From contig OX597816.1 in assembly GCA_951406725.2 (NCBI GenBank), positions 42,036,001-42,100,000 of the forward strand: a stretch of DNA of 64,000 bases. The letters run 5' to 3'. Below the pieces are notes generated by a model. It searched no databases and had not been told where the DNA came from. It saw only the letters and a program-made list of their open reading frames with translations. A program made the position numbers and the translations under genes. This DNA is from Octopus vulgaris (lineage: Eukaryota). This document shows, one piece after another, positions 1 through 12,336 of this stretch. Every line of letters starts with the position of its first letter. Position 1 is the stretch's first letter.

Positions 1-273
1 TTGTCGAGTAACCCATCCTGCTCAAAAGGTCCTTCAATAAGGGTTGTTTAAGGATATTGAATGAACACCCAGGTTTCCAGACATGAATTATTCAAACCCC
101 AAAGAATCACTCTCAGCACATGGCTATGATGCTCCCTCACTACTTCTGCTCGTGGTCAGAGATGCACACATCGTCAGCCACTAAGAGACATGCTCAATTG
201 GTTATGGTCAAACAACTGACAAGCAAATCTGTGGTATTGAGCAGAATATTTGCTGTAGCCCGTCTTTTATACC
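1..273 (-). mobile_element. (TAA)n-associated short interspersed element, family X, copy 1 (runs off the window)
   Basis: Shares blocks (gaattattcaaacccca; gacaagcaaatctgt..tattgagcagaatat) with 2698-3162 and 5386-5882 and abuts an ATT tract. Confidence 0.8.
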
Positions 274-365
<92 letters not shown>

Positions 366-368
<3 letters not shown>

Positions 369-2644
369 TAGTATATTTTTTATATCGTGCTTTCTCTTCA
401 CTACCGATCGCAGCTCTGGGTTCCTTGGGTATGTGCTGTGATTTGTTGTGATGCTCTGATGGTTACTGTATGGAAAGTGTTCTGCGTAGGATGTGTGCAG
501 TGCCTAGTAGTGCAATTTTCTGTATGTTATATGTGTTTGTAAGTCCTTGTGTTTTTGTTATGTATTTGTCATAATTATTTTTTTATCATGCCTAATGCAC
601 CTATTATGATAGGAATTGTTTCTGTTTTTAGATTCCACATTCTGGTTACCTCTATTTCCCGGTCTTTGTATTTTGAAAGTTTCTCCATTTCTTTTAGAGA
701 CACGTTGTCATCCGCTGGTATTGATACATCAATTAGAAAACATTTTTTTCTTCATGATCTCTGACAACTATATCTGGTCTGTCGGCTTTAATTTCTCTAT
801 CTGTGTGTATTGTCATATCCCAGAGTATGGTTGCTTTCTCGTTTTCTGTGACCTTTTCTGGTGTGTGCCTATACCATCTTTTTTCTGTTGTTATTTCATA
901 GTGTTGGCATAGTTTCCAGTGTATATAGGTTCCAACTCTGTCGAGCCAGCGAATATATTTCTTCTTAGCCAGGACTGGACATCCAAAGACAATACGATTT
1001 ATTGTTTCTTCTCCATCACCACATATTCTGCAGTTACTTGTTATATTTCTTTTCATTACATGTTTTTGGTAATTTCCGGTGGGGAGGCTTTGGTCTTGTG
1101 CTGCAATTAAAAGTACTTCTGTCTCTGCTTTGAGCCCTGAGCTTCTCAAACATTGTTGGGATGTTTCTTTGTCTATTTCTTTTGCATTTAGTTTAGTCCA
1201 GTAATTACCGTGAAGGGGATTTACTTGCCATCGTTTATCATTGTTCGTTGCTGTTCTATCTTAGTTTGGATTTCATTTGTTTTATAGCTTTTGTTGTTTC
1301 TTCTTCTTCTTCTTCTTCTTCTTCTTCTTCTTCTTCTTCTTCTTCTTCTTCTTCTTCTTCTTCTTCTTCTTCTTCTTCTTCTTCTTCTTCTTCTTCTTCT
1401 TCTTCTTCTTCTTCTTCTTCTTCTTCTTCTTCTTCTTCATATTTATTAGTTGGTATGATTTCTTGTTTGTATTTGTCAGCTTCCTTAAATACTGAGAACA
1501 GTTTTTTGTTTTGCTCGTGTTTTGCCGCTACTTGTATCAGTTTTCCTTCCTTCTGAAGTAGATATTTTTGCAGTCCTATGGTGGTTATTTTATAGTAGTT
1601 TTCCAGCTGTATAAAGCTTCTACCACCATCTATACGTTGTATATATAGCCTTTGTATGTCAGATTTTGGGTGATGCATCCTAGATCCTGTCATTATTTTT
1701 CTTGTTTTCCTATGTATTTTGGTCAGTTCATTTAGTGTCCAGTTAAGGATATTGTAGCTGTAACTTATAACTGGGACAGCTAAAGTGTTAATACCTATTA
1801 TCTTGTTTTTAGCATTGAGCTCTGTTTTTAGTATTGATCTAACTCGTCTATAATATTCTTTTTTTATCTTCTCTTTCATTTGTGTGTGTTGTGTCTTATC
1901 TAGTTTATGGATTCCTAGGTATTTGTAAGTTTGGCTTTTGTCTAATTCTTTTATTTCATTGGTTTTATCTAGTGTGATTTGCTAATCTTAATTAGTTTTC
2001 GTCTTTTCAGGGTTACTTTGGCGCATTTCTCTAATCCAAATTTCATATCTATTTCTTTGGTAAATCCATGAACTGTCTTTTGTAGTGTTTCCAGCTGTTT
2101 GTCATTTGTAGCGTATAGTTTTAGGTCATCCATATATAAAAGGTGGCTGATCTTTTTGCCGTAACATTTATATCCGCATCCAGTTCTGTTTAGCATATCC
2201 GATAGAGGTGACAGTGCTAAGCAGAAAAGGAGTGGAGAGAGCGTATCTCCCTGGAATATTCCTCTTCTAATGGGGATGGCTTTGGTTTTCACAAGTCCCT
2301 CTTTTGTTTGGAGCTGTAGCACTGTTTGCCATTTATTCATAGAGTGTCCTATGTGCTTTATAATTGTTGGTACAACTTTGTTCATGGCTAGTGTTTCGAG
2401 AATTCATGTGTGGGGGCTGCTATTAAACACCTTTTTGTAGTCGATCCAGGCCATACTGAGGCCTTTCTTCTTTCTGTGGCTGTCTTCAGTTATGACTTTA
2501 TTAATCATTAGTTGATCTTTACAGCCATATGAGCCTTTGCGGCATCCTTTCTGCTCTTCTGGAAACAGGTTGTTTTCGTCCAGGTGCTTGTTCAATCTTT
2601 GCGATATTACTGCAGTAAATGCTTTGTACATTGTAGGGAGACAA
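366..2644 (-). mobile_element. 5'-truncated, frameshifted Dong/R4-clade non-LTR retrotransposon (RT + CCHC + restriction-like endonuclease)
   Basis: Minus-strand pieces encode RT motifs (CLPTMYK..QKGCRKGSYGCKDQL..AWIDYKK; GIFQGDTLSPLLF; LYMDDLKLY), a zinc knuckle (CRICGDGEETINRIVFGCP) and an RLE motif (RPDIVV..FLIDVSIP..EK..KY). The 3' end ...CTACTG runs into (AAT)n at 274-365, and the 5' end abuts (AAT)n at 2645-2697. Confidence 0.93.
1298..1438. repeat. (TTC/GAA)47 microsatellite, in frame inside the LINE ORF
   Basis: Pure TTC run, translated as poly-Glu in ORF 1256..1879(-). Confidence 0.97.
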
Positions 2645-2653
2645 TTATTATTA

Positions 2654-2697
<44 letters not shown>

Positions 2698-3161
2698 GAG
2701 TGAGAAGCAGTGCATACCATCAACCTGACACCAGGCTACAAATATACGAAAACCAATATACATATCAATAACTACCCTTCTGATCAGAGTACACTAAGCT
2801 GCATGATCACACAGATGGAGTCTAATTAATACTTTCTTCACGTCGAGTAGCTCTCCCGCTCAAAAGATACCTGAATAAGGTTTGTTTACTGATGATAAAC
2901 GAAATACTTATGTCCCCAGAGGTGAATTATTCAAACCCCAAAGTGTCCCTATCAACACACGACTATGATGCTCCTCCATTACTTCTGCTCTTGATCGAAA
3001 ATGCACAAATCATCAGCCACCAAGGTTCATGCTCAACTGACAAGCAAATCTGTTGTATTGAGCAGAATATATACTGTGACCCATTTTTTATACCAAGACA
3101 AATCATGTTAATTATAATACTTCAGATCAGTAAAGATCAAAAGCCATGAAATTCTCTGCCA

Positions 3162-3162
<1 letters not shown>
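2698..3162 (-). mobile_element. (TAA)n-associated short interspersed element, family X, copy 2
   Basis: Starts gagtgaga right after (ATT)n, as copy 3 does, and has ATT tracts on both sides. Confidence 0.8.
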
Positions 3163-3238
<76 letters not shown>

Positions 3239-4061
3239 TATTATAACTATCATCGAAATTCCAGTTTGACCGAACCCGTGTAATGCTTCGTGGCTTTTCA
3301 TCCCTCCACTTGTTTGGAGTTCCAATTTGCATTTCATCCAATGTGTCACCATCCCCACAACCACCACCACTTTTGAACAAAACCACAGACATACCTGACA
3401 ACACAAACATAAGCAAAGTCTAACATGAACCAATCCATGAACAACATGAGCAAAAAGAACACATATTCTTCATCGTCACACATAGAAACAGCAAAAACAT
3501 ACTGAAGCCTTTACATCAACACTTAAAACTATTTCATCTCACCAACATATTACAAACCAACACTTAGGGAAATTATCCGAAGATAAAAAAAATACAACGC
3601 CATGAAAAACAAGTATCTTGATGAAATATGTAACACCATTTAACAAACAGGAGATAAGAATTTCTCACACTTAAAATGTATGTAATTTTTTTCTCACATG
3701 TATCGTTCTGTCGAATACAGCCTTGCAAAGGAGAAGCAGTATAGAAAGGCATGCTATGAGATCGCTTTTGAAGCAAAATCACTTGCTTCACATTTGTTTG
3801 TCTAGGAGGACTTTCATTCTAGAGCCTATAGATAATTTCCAGGAATCCCTGTTCCGAAGAACAATACCTATTGAGGTTAAATTCTACAGGCATGGTAGTG
3901 GTATCAGCTGTACCAACCCTAGAACTGTCCACGCTTACGTTTTACGCGAAAGAATGATCTGGCTAACGGCCCATGCTCTTATGAAGATCGTCCGGCGCTT
4001 TATTTTTCTCCTCCTCTTCTCCTCCTTCTTCTCCTCCTCCTCCTCCTCCTTCTTCTTCTTC

Positions 4062-4131
<70 letters not shown>

Positions 4132-4153
4132 CATTATTATTATTATTATTATT

Positions 4154-4409
4154 CTATGTTTGATTTTACTTTATATTTGTACAAGTTGGCTCCAAGTCTC
4201 ACCCAGAGACCTCAAGAGACAACAGGTTGGAAGTTTGTGATGTTATTATACCTAGTGTGGTATATATTTGTTCTTGTATTTAGTGTTGTACTAGTGAATG
4301 TCTAAAAAAAAGAAAATTATGTTTGTTTTAAAATTATGTTTGTTTTAAAACTTGAGATTACATAGAGAGTATTTTGCGTAAGATATGAGCAGTTCTCATG
4401 AGCACTATC

Positions 4410-4412
<3 letters not shown>
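4154..4412 (-). mobile_element. 3' terminus of a second Dong/R4-like family, copy A
   Basis: Minus strand reads KIVLMRTAHILRKILSM* plus 3'UTR, homologous to QKIALLGTAHILRRRLSMQ* at 38.9 kb. Flanked by (ATT)n. Confidence 0.85.
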
Positions 4413-4504
<92 letters not shown>

Positions 4505-4506
4505 TT

Positions 4507-4755
4507 CTATATTTGACTTTTGCATTATATTTGTACAAGTTGGCTCCAAGTCTCACCCAGAGACCTCAAGAGACAACAGGTTGGAAGTTCGTGATGTTGT
4601 TATACCTAGTGTGGCATATATATGGTTTTGTATTTAGTGTTGTACTAGTGAATGTCTAAAAAAAAAAACGAAAATTATGTTTGCTTTAAAACTTGAGATT
4701 ACATAGAGAGTAATTTGCATAGGATATGAGCAGTTCCCATGAGCACTATCTTTTG
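4507..4755 (-). mobile_element. 3' terminus of the second Dong/R4-like family, copy B
   Basis: Reads KIVLMGTAHILCKLLSM* with the same 3'UTR as copy A. Flanked by (ATT)n. Confidence 0.85.
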
Positions 4756-4817
4756 TTATTATTATTATTATTATTATTATCATTATTATTATTATTATTA
4801 TTATTATCATCATTATT

Positions 4818-4855
<38 letters not shown>

Positions 4856-4870
4856 CATTATCATCATTAA

Positions 4871-4921
<51 letters not shown>

Positions 4922-4966
4922 CATCATCATTAATATTATTATTATTATTATTATTATCATCATTAA

Positions 4967-5009
<43 letters not shown>
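4756..5009. repeat. Compound (ATT/ATC)n microsatellite
   Basis: Directly visible, one of many ATT tracts in 274-5960. Confidence 0.95.
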
Positions 5010-5012
<3 letters not shown>

Positions 5013-5324
5013 TAGTCTCATTGATATCACGTGCTTACGCAGTACTTTAAAACAAGTTGCTTTTACTACCATTAAAATACATACACCAGTTTGTTCATTT
5101 AGAAAGCCACATCATACAAAGGAACAGGGTAAGAATGAGGAAGAGAAAATAAGGAATAAAGAGAAAATGAGAAATAGAAAAGAAAGGAAATAGGGAAAAT
5201 GAAGACAGAAAGTTAACAATGATAATGATCTGTTTAACATGCGTAATGTACCATTTACGACAATCATTGGCACTTTCTGCAAGCCTGGAATCATCATCCT
5301 CATCGTCGTTGTTGTTGTTGTTGA

Positions 5325-5385
<61 letters not shown>

Positions 5386-5881
5386 GAGTGAGAGTGCAGT
5401 GCATGCCATCAAAGTGACACTGAGTAAAATACACGAAGCCCACGTCTGATAAGGGTACACTAGGCACATGCATCACAACCATATGTGCGTGACATGGTGA
5501 TCTCATATCAAGATACACAGCACATGACCTTGCAGTTAGAATTTTCTTCTGTTTGAGTAACCCGTTCAACTCAAAAGGTCTCTGAATAAGTGTTGTTTAA
5601 GGATGCTGAACGAAACACCCATGTTTCCAGAGGTGAATTATTCAAACCCCAAAGAATCTCTCTCAACACAGCTATGATGCTCCCCCACTACTTCTGCTCG
5701 TGATCAGAGATGCACAAATCGTTATGGTCAAATAACTGACAAGCAAATCTGTGGTATTGAGCAGAATATTTGCTGTAGCCCATCTTTTACACCATGACAA
5801 AACAATGTACATGGTAAAAAACTTACATGATGACAATGTACATGATAACAATGTACATGATGCCTGGTACTGCATCAGGGA

Positions 5882-5882
<1 letters not shown>
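5386..5882 (-). mobile_element. (TAA)n-associated short interspersed element, family X, copy 3
   Basis: Same family as 1-273 and 2698-3162, bounded by ATT tracts, with short internal atgtacatga repeats. Confidence 0.8.
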
Positions 5883-5960
<78 letters not shown>

Positions 5961-5963
<3 letters not shown>

Positions 5964-6026
5964 TAGTCTTATTTTTATCAGGGGCTTTGATTGCACTCCT
6001 GATCGTAGCTCGGTGTGCCTTGGGTG
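5961..6026 (-). mobile_element. Very short 3' end of a Dong/R4 element
   Basis: cagtagtcttatttttatc..gatcgtagctcggtgtgccttgggt matches the terminus at 366-430 and follows (ATT)n. A still shorter cagtagt end starts at 5010. Confidence 0.7.
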
Positions 6027-6349
6027 CCGAGAAACCGGCCTTCGTGAGTCGGCATAATTCGAGAAAGTAACTTTACCATCAATTTTTCTATTACTGCCTT
6101 TAGTAATCCGGTCTTGTGCCACAATTTGAAACCAATAATAGTTTTATCAAATTGTTGTGGCGTCAATACAATTCAGTTGTGAACATACATTTTTTCAATC
6201 GTGCATTGCATACCTCGTATGTATCCAATGACCAGCAGTGCAATAATATCTGTTGTTACTTCATTAACCACTTTTGTTAACAGAACGGGCATCATAACAT
6301 TTCAATTTTCTATATATCAAATAGTTCACATCATATCTAAGAAACAAAT

Positions 6350-6585
6350 TATGTGTCTTTGTGTGTTTCTGTCTTGGTATGTCCCCCCACCAACGATTGA
6401 CAAACATTGTTGTCATGTGTATGTCTGTGAAACTTAGCGGTTCGGCAAAAGCCGCGATAGAATAAATACGAGGATTTAAGATGTACAGCAGTCGATTCGT
6501 TCGACTGAAGTTTTTCAAGAAGTTTCCTGAACGTGGCCATAGTTTAATGACTGAAAAATGTAAAAGATACGAGATAAAAGATATC
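6350..6585 (+). mobile_element. SINE family A, 3' half, diverged
   Basis: aacttagcggttcggcaaaag..gatagaataa..aatgactgaaa is shared with full copies at 11.6, 12.6 and 20.5 kb. Confidence 0.75.
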
Positions 6586-6698
6586 TAATTGTAACTAAAA
6601 AAAACTACATATAACATATATAAAATGTACAGAAATGTATACATATATGCACAGATACAGACATACATACAGACCATATTTATACATATACACACACG

Positions 6699-6760
<62 letters not shown>

Positions 6761-9082
6761 TGTGTATACATGGTCAAGTATGCATATGTATACATGCGTG
6801 TATACATGAATATATGAGCCTACATATACACATTTTCATTAATTTGGCATTCAATTCTCATTCAGTTATTGATTTACTTTGACATTTGACATAACTGTCT
6901 ATGCACCTTGACACTCACGTTATTGTCTACTATAGTTTTTTGCGATGTTTTTCATCTTAAAAATTGTATTTAAAAAAAAAAACTGTAATTTAGTATTACC
7001 GTGTAGAATTGTTCACAATAAATCAGTTTTTTTATGCTTCATAGTTCATTAATTTTATAGCAACATATTTCTTTAAATATAATTCACTAGAAGAGCGTAA
7101 CAGATTGTGTAGAACATAATGTCTAACAATATCTAGTCACTTCCCCTTACTTTCGTATTTCACATCCTGCTATGGTCGACTTGCCCTATTATCCTTTACT
7201 CCATACACAATTGATAATTTAGGGATGGTCAAGTGCCGGGTGCCCATCCATTTGGGTATAGTTTGCTGATGTATATCTGTGACCTATTAAGTATGTTGCA
7301 AATGCGTTGTACTTAAGTCTTTGTTAACAAAAGGGACATTAACAAATAACCAGTCAGCACATGCATATTTCTTTCCAACCAATAACAAACCAAGAAATTA
7401 TTGTACGGTATTTTTTTACTGACTGCTTCTGTGTTGTTGTTGAGCGTATTCGGTCTTGTGATCGACGTTGCCTGAATAGGTGCATGATGTATCACACACC
7501 AGGTATCGAAATGATCGCAGACCAACGTGAGATGAAGAGTGCTCATCAAGAACATAGGCAACACACGGTCTAGGAAATAAAAACAACGCTCTCGAGGACG
7601 TAAGTGCATTACTCTAACTAATAGGCCACGCATATCAAAAAATATCGTTAATAACAAAAAATATCAAAATACCTAATGAAGACACTCGTAACGGTCGGGA
7701 AATCCTCCCTCCTCCGGTCATATTTGCTTTGTGTACTGAAACGCGTCCCTTGAGCTATGTATTCAATCAGTCTGTTATACAATTGCCCCCAACTTCACTT
7801 GGCATTTCTGAAGGAAATTCTATTATACCTTAGGTCATTCAGCGATATTTAGATGACTATTCATGCCTCCAAAGACTACTTCATAGCATTTTGCTGTACG
7901 ATGAACAATTCTGCAGCCAAAAAAAAAAAGAAAAGTCTTTTCAGTTGCTGAGGGAGCGATTTCTAATAGCTATTAACAGATGTTAAATGATTCCCTTCGT
8001 CTCAGTAGTTGACTGAAAGAATATTGCTATCGAACCTGAAAGTATGAACTCAGCAAGATTTGTTATTAGATAGCTAAGAGCCGTAACAATCTGTTGCAAG
8101 CTCTAACAATTCTGTGATTTTATAGCCTTAGGGTGCTATAATAAAATCACAAAATAATTATGTAAGATATATGAGAAAAGAAACAAGTTAATTCATAAAC
8201 GCTGGGTAGTATAACGATTCAATTTTTCGCCGAAAAATTTCCTGGGATGCGAAGGACCTTCAACTGTTTTTAACTTGTATATATTACTTGCTCTCAACTC
8301 TATGACCATGATAAGCAATAATAATCATTCAATATAAAAGAAGTATAAAGCGCCACAAAAGTTAAATACAGGACTACATGGTAAATGTTGACTTATTCCT
8401 TCTTTTATATTTCATATCGTTATATCTCACGGTTTATCTTATTTTCCCATAGCTTCACACTGTCATAACACATTTCTATAAGGTTTAAAGTGAAAATACA
8501 ACGTCACTATAATGTTGTAGACAAGGCAAAATGCAATAAACAATATTGACAGAAGGGAAGATAATTAGAGATATAGACTGCAGTCTCTGGGATGTATATT
8601 CAATGCAGTCTCATTCAGTTAAATTGTTTCGGACGCTTGAAGAATATAATTTACCTCTTAATCTAAAAAGACGATTTGCACATTTCACCGAGGCGGTAAC
8701 GAAATGAGTAACGACCACCTACCAAGTGACTCAGAAATATAATTACCTCAGTCTTCTACATCTATGTAAATGAAAAATAGTAATATACAAGTTTTCGTCC
8801 TTATAGAAATGAAGTAATGATTTGAATGCCAATTGAGTGGAAGAAAACTACATACATTAATCAATTACTCTATATATTTCCGTCTTTCGTTTTGGATTCA
8901 ATTTTGTTATCTATAAGCTTACAGTTATCTCATAGATAAATTTCCTGAAAATCAATTGGCTATATACTTTGGCTACATAACTCTGGTTTGTCGCAATAAT
9001 TCAAATCAATAGTAATGTTTTATACCACCGAAGTAGAACATTTCGATATCGAAAGGCCAAATATCGATGACTAGTACTAAGA

Positions 9083-9398
9083 TTTTTTTTTTCGCCCTTT
9101 CAATCCTAGCCAGTCTCATGGGCCCGGTTTCCCGGTTTCTGTGGCGTATGTGCCCCCCCCCCCCCAGCTTGAGGGGACGCCAGTACATCGCGGCGTTACT
9201 CAAGAAACAGGAAGAGAGAGTGAGAGAAATTTGTGGCGAAAGAATACAACAGGGGTCGCCACCACCTCCTGCCGGAACCTCGTGGAACTTTAGGTGTTTT
9301 CGCTCAATACACACACACAACGCCCTGTCTGGGAATCGAAACCGCGATCCTCCGACTGCGAATCTGCTGCCTTAACCACTGGGCCATTGCGCCTCCAC
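9083..9398 (-). mobile_element. tRNA-derived SINE (head H1, tail T1, poly-A) with 7-bp TSD
   Basis: A box TGGCCCAGTGG and B box GGTTTCGATTCC on the minus strand, A10 tail, TSD actaaga at 9076-9082 and 9399-9405. Confidence 0.88.
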
Positions 9399-9715
9399 AC
9401 TAAGAGAATTTACTCCTACAAATTTGCTTCTGTTTTCACATACACAAAAGAAATCATTCTTTCATTTCCAAAATTCATTTCATTTGAGAAATAATGCAAT
9501 GATTTGACACTTTTGTCTTTCATCTTTGTTGTGTTTGGTCGACACTGTTATGCCCTTCCTTGCACGCACTGTATATCCCATTTTATAACGTGGATTATTA
9601 CGAGTTTATAACAACCCAAATATAAATCACAAACAACACGTAACAAGCAATATCTTTTCTCAACGACTTCTACGAATGTCTTGGCAAAGCGCCAGCACAC
9701 ACCACACTGTAATTC

Positions 9716-11604
9716 TTTATTTGGCATCTAGGCCATAACATAGAGGGGACAGCACAAGGACAGACAGAACACCATAGTGGGGTCAAAAACGTAAAATGAA
9801 TGAAAAATGAAAGATGTATAAAAATAATAAAATTAATGATGAGGAAATGGGTGCATTGATCCCCACTCTGAAGCAGTACCATTGAACAGTCAAATTATAC
9901 AAATTAACTAATCTTTCTTTCACTCCTTATTTTCTTTTAGCATCGTTTTTTTTTAATTTTGAAAGTTTATTTTTTCTCTCATTTTTTTTTTAATAAAATT
10001 TTACTTACTTTACTCTGTTCGATAGTTCGTGAAGGGTTTCAAATCTTCATACTCCACGACCGATGGTAATTCGCCGAATTCAATTTCGAACTCTAAAGGG
10101 TCTATTCTACTTCTGAACAGTTCTTTCAGTTTCTCATATCTCTCCTTTTCACTAATTATTCCCTAGGTGTGTTCTGTATATTTCTCCGATGGCAACCTTA
10201 CTCGTATAATTGATTTAAAGTTCGTGATCTTCTGCTCGAGTGCCGTACTTTTGGCGTATGTAACCATATGACACTTGTTAATTTCTCTTTTTAAAATCCA
10301 TTTGCTTCAGCGACGGACCTGGGCTATTCGGGCGAGTCCTTTTACTTTGTTCCTCTATTGTTGCACTAATATAAACGTCAATGTGTAAGCCTTCTACATC
10401 GTGTTGCAATGATGTTTCTGCATCCACTCTAACTTCCATTGTTGATTCTGTTGGTGTCTCGAGCCTGTTCCTTTTCTCCTCCATCTCAATCTCCTTCATC
10501 GTTTTCTGCCTCTCTGGCGGAGAGCTCACCCGCTCTTTCCTTTTCCTCCCATTCACGACAGTGAATGATTCCTCCACTCTTTCTTTCTCTCCTAACGGCA
10601 CCACCACCACTTTAAATACTCTGTTATTCACTCTGTTGTTTCTGCTTCTCCTCTTAGTTTTCTTTCTGGGCCTCGCCTTCAAGTGCCCCTTTTGACCACA
10701 TAAGAAACTTGATAGTGGTCTTCCTTCCACCACTGCTCTTAGTCTGAGTTCTTCTGGGAGAAGGATCTCCTCAGTGATCTCGTACAAGTATTTTAAGCTC
10801 ACTTGTATGGCCATCTAGAGGTCATACCCCCACCTTTTACCATGTACGCTATTTTTCCTAAGCGTTTACTTATTATTCCTACTTCGAAACTTCCCTATCC
10901 GTTTCTGTATATTTAAAAGTCCCTTGACACCGATTTTGAAGTATTTCATCTTATTTTCGGTGTCTCTCTCCCTTTTTTTTCTTTTTCTTCCCGGTAGTAA
11001 TTTCTCAGACACTGACCCGACTCTCCTGGTGAACATTAAGTTCAGTCGGCGACATACCTAATGTGGTGTTGGGGTTAGGTGTTATTCAGTAGACACTTAA
11101 GAATTGCGGCAATGCAATGTCAGCTAGTGGTTCATTTCTAGATTTTCTCAGCGTCCATTTAAACGTGTCTTCGAAACATTCCGCTAGTCCAGTTGCTCTC
11201 GGATGGTAGGACGGAGTAGTTATATGCTCCATTGCGTGCATTTTGCAAAAGTTTAAAAATTGCTTCTACTTTCGTCTACGCGTATAAAATGAAAGCATCT
11301 TTACGTTCTCGAGGCACACCTCTATTGTATCTATTGCGGCAACCTCTATCTTTTTCACTTCATCCTCTGTTCTGTGCATGACTGCTTCTATCAGCCATGT
11401 TTCCTTAATCTCGTGGGGTACTCTGCCAATTCTTACTCTGGCGACGCGTTCTCCACTGTAAGCCGGCAGAAGTACCCATTCCGGTGTCGGCACAGTGGAG
11501 TGGTTTATCGCGTCTTCTTCACTGCCAAACCTTACTTCCAATGTGCAATTTCCTTTTACGGCCTTTGTGCCTAAAACACAAAGTTGCTGGGTGATTGACA
11601 ACAT
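9716..11604 (-). mobile_element. Decayed Tx1/L1-like ORF1 (gag-like) element with no ORF2 visible, interrupted by a Gypsy fragment
   Basis: ORF 11266..11604 has RRM-like VRIGRVPHEIKETWL. ORF 10278..10814 has a degenerate knuckle, VVEGRPLSSFLCGQKGHLKA. AATAAA lies at 9716-9721(-). Confidence 0.6.
10836..11265 (-). pseudogene. Gypsy/Ty3 LTR-retrotransposon integrase fragment
   Basis: Manual translation from 11262 down: QFLNFCKMHAMEHITTPSYHPRATGLAECFEDTFK..QFLSVY*ITPNPNTTLGMSPTE, matching the integrase core pattern (PYHPxxNGLAER..YRxTP..G.SPAE). Confidence 0.85.
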
Positions 11605-11631
11605 AGCGTGTGTTTCAATATTTCAGTACAT

Positions 11632-11802
11632 AGGCGTAGGAGTGGCCGTGTGGTAAGTAGCTTGCTTACCAACCACATGTTTCCGGGTCCAGTCCATTGC
11701 GTGGCACCTTGGGCACGTGTCGTCTACTATAGCCTCACGCCAACGAAAGCCTTGTGAACGGATTTGGTAGACGGAAACACAAAGAATCCCGGCATATATA
11801 TG

Positions 11803-11857
<55 letters not shown>

Positions 11858-12079
11858 GTGTGTATGTTTGTGTGTCTGTGTTTGTCCCTCCAACATTGCT
11901 TGACAACCGTTGCTGGTGTGTTTACGTCCCCGTAACTTAGCGGTTAAGCAAAAGAGATCGATAAAATAAGTACTAGTCTTACAAACAATAAATCCTTGGG
12001 TCCATTTACTCGAGTAAAGGCGGTGCTCCAGCATTGCCACAGTGAAATGACTGAAACAAGTAAAAGAGTAAAAGAGTAA
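11632..12079 (+). mobile_element. SINE family A, full length (tRNA head, internal (TA)n(TG)n, GTAAAAGA tail repeats)
   Basis: A box TGGCCGTGTGG, B-box-like GGTCCAGTCC, conserved body, and multiple copies in the window. Confidence 0.9.
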
Positions 12080-12336
12080 CAGAAATTCCTGTTTATACAC
12101 ATACACGCACATATATATAACCATGTATATGCATGTGTATGACTGTAAGTAAATGTGTTGGAACATGATTGTCTGCATATAATCACAACGAGCTTTTGCA
12201 CACTATCGACAGTTATTCAGAACTATCATTCTGCTTTTATGCATGTAAATGTGTGTGCGATATAGAATAAATTTAAGTTTTTTTGTTTTTTCCTCTATAC
12301 AGACACGGCTCTGAGAAGTAAAAAGGTGAGAGCATA

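Noticed and set aside
4063-5009. CRISPR-like alternation of repeats and spacers
   Set aside because: The 'repeats' are variable-length microsatellites and the 'spacers' are homologous LINE ends. No cas genes, and the context is eukaryotic.
120-5966. ORFs with poly-I/L/N/Y/S/F runs
   Set aside because: They are translations of ATT/TTC microsatellites or antisense frames of the LINE.
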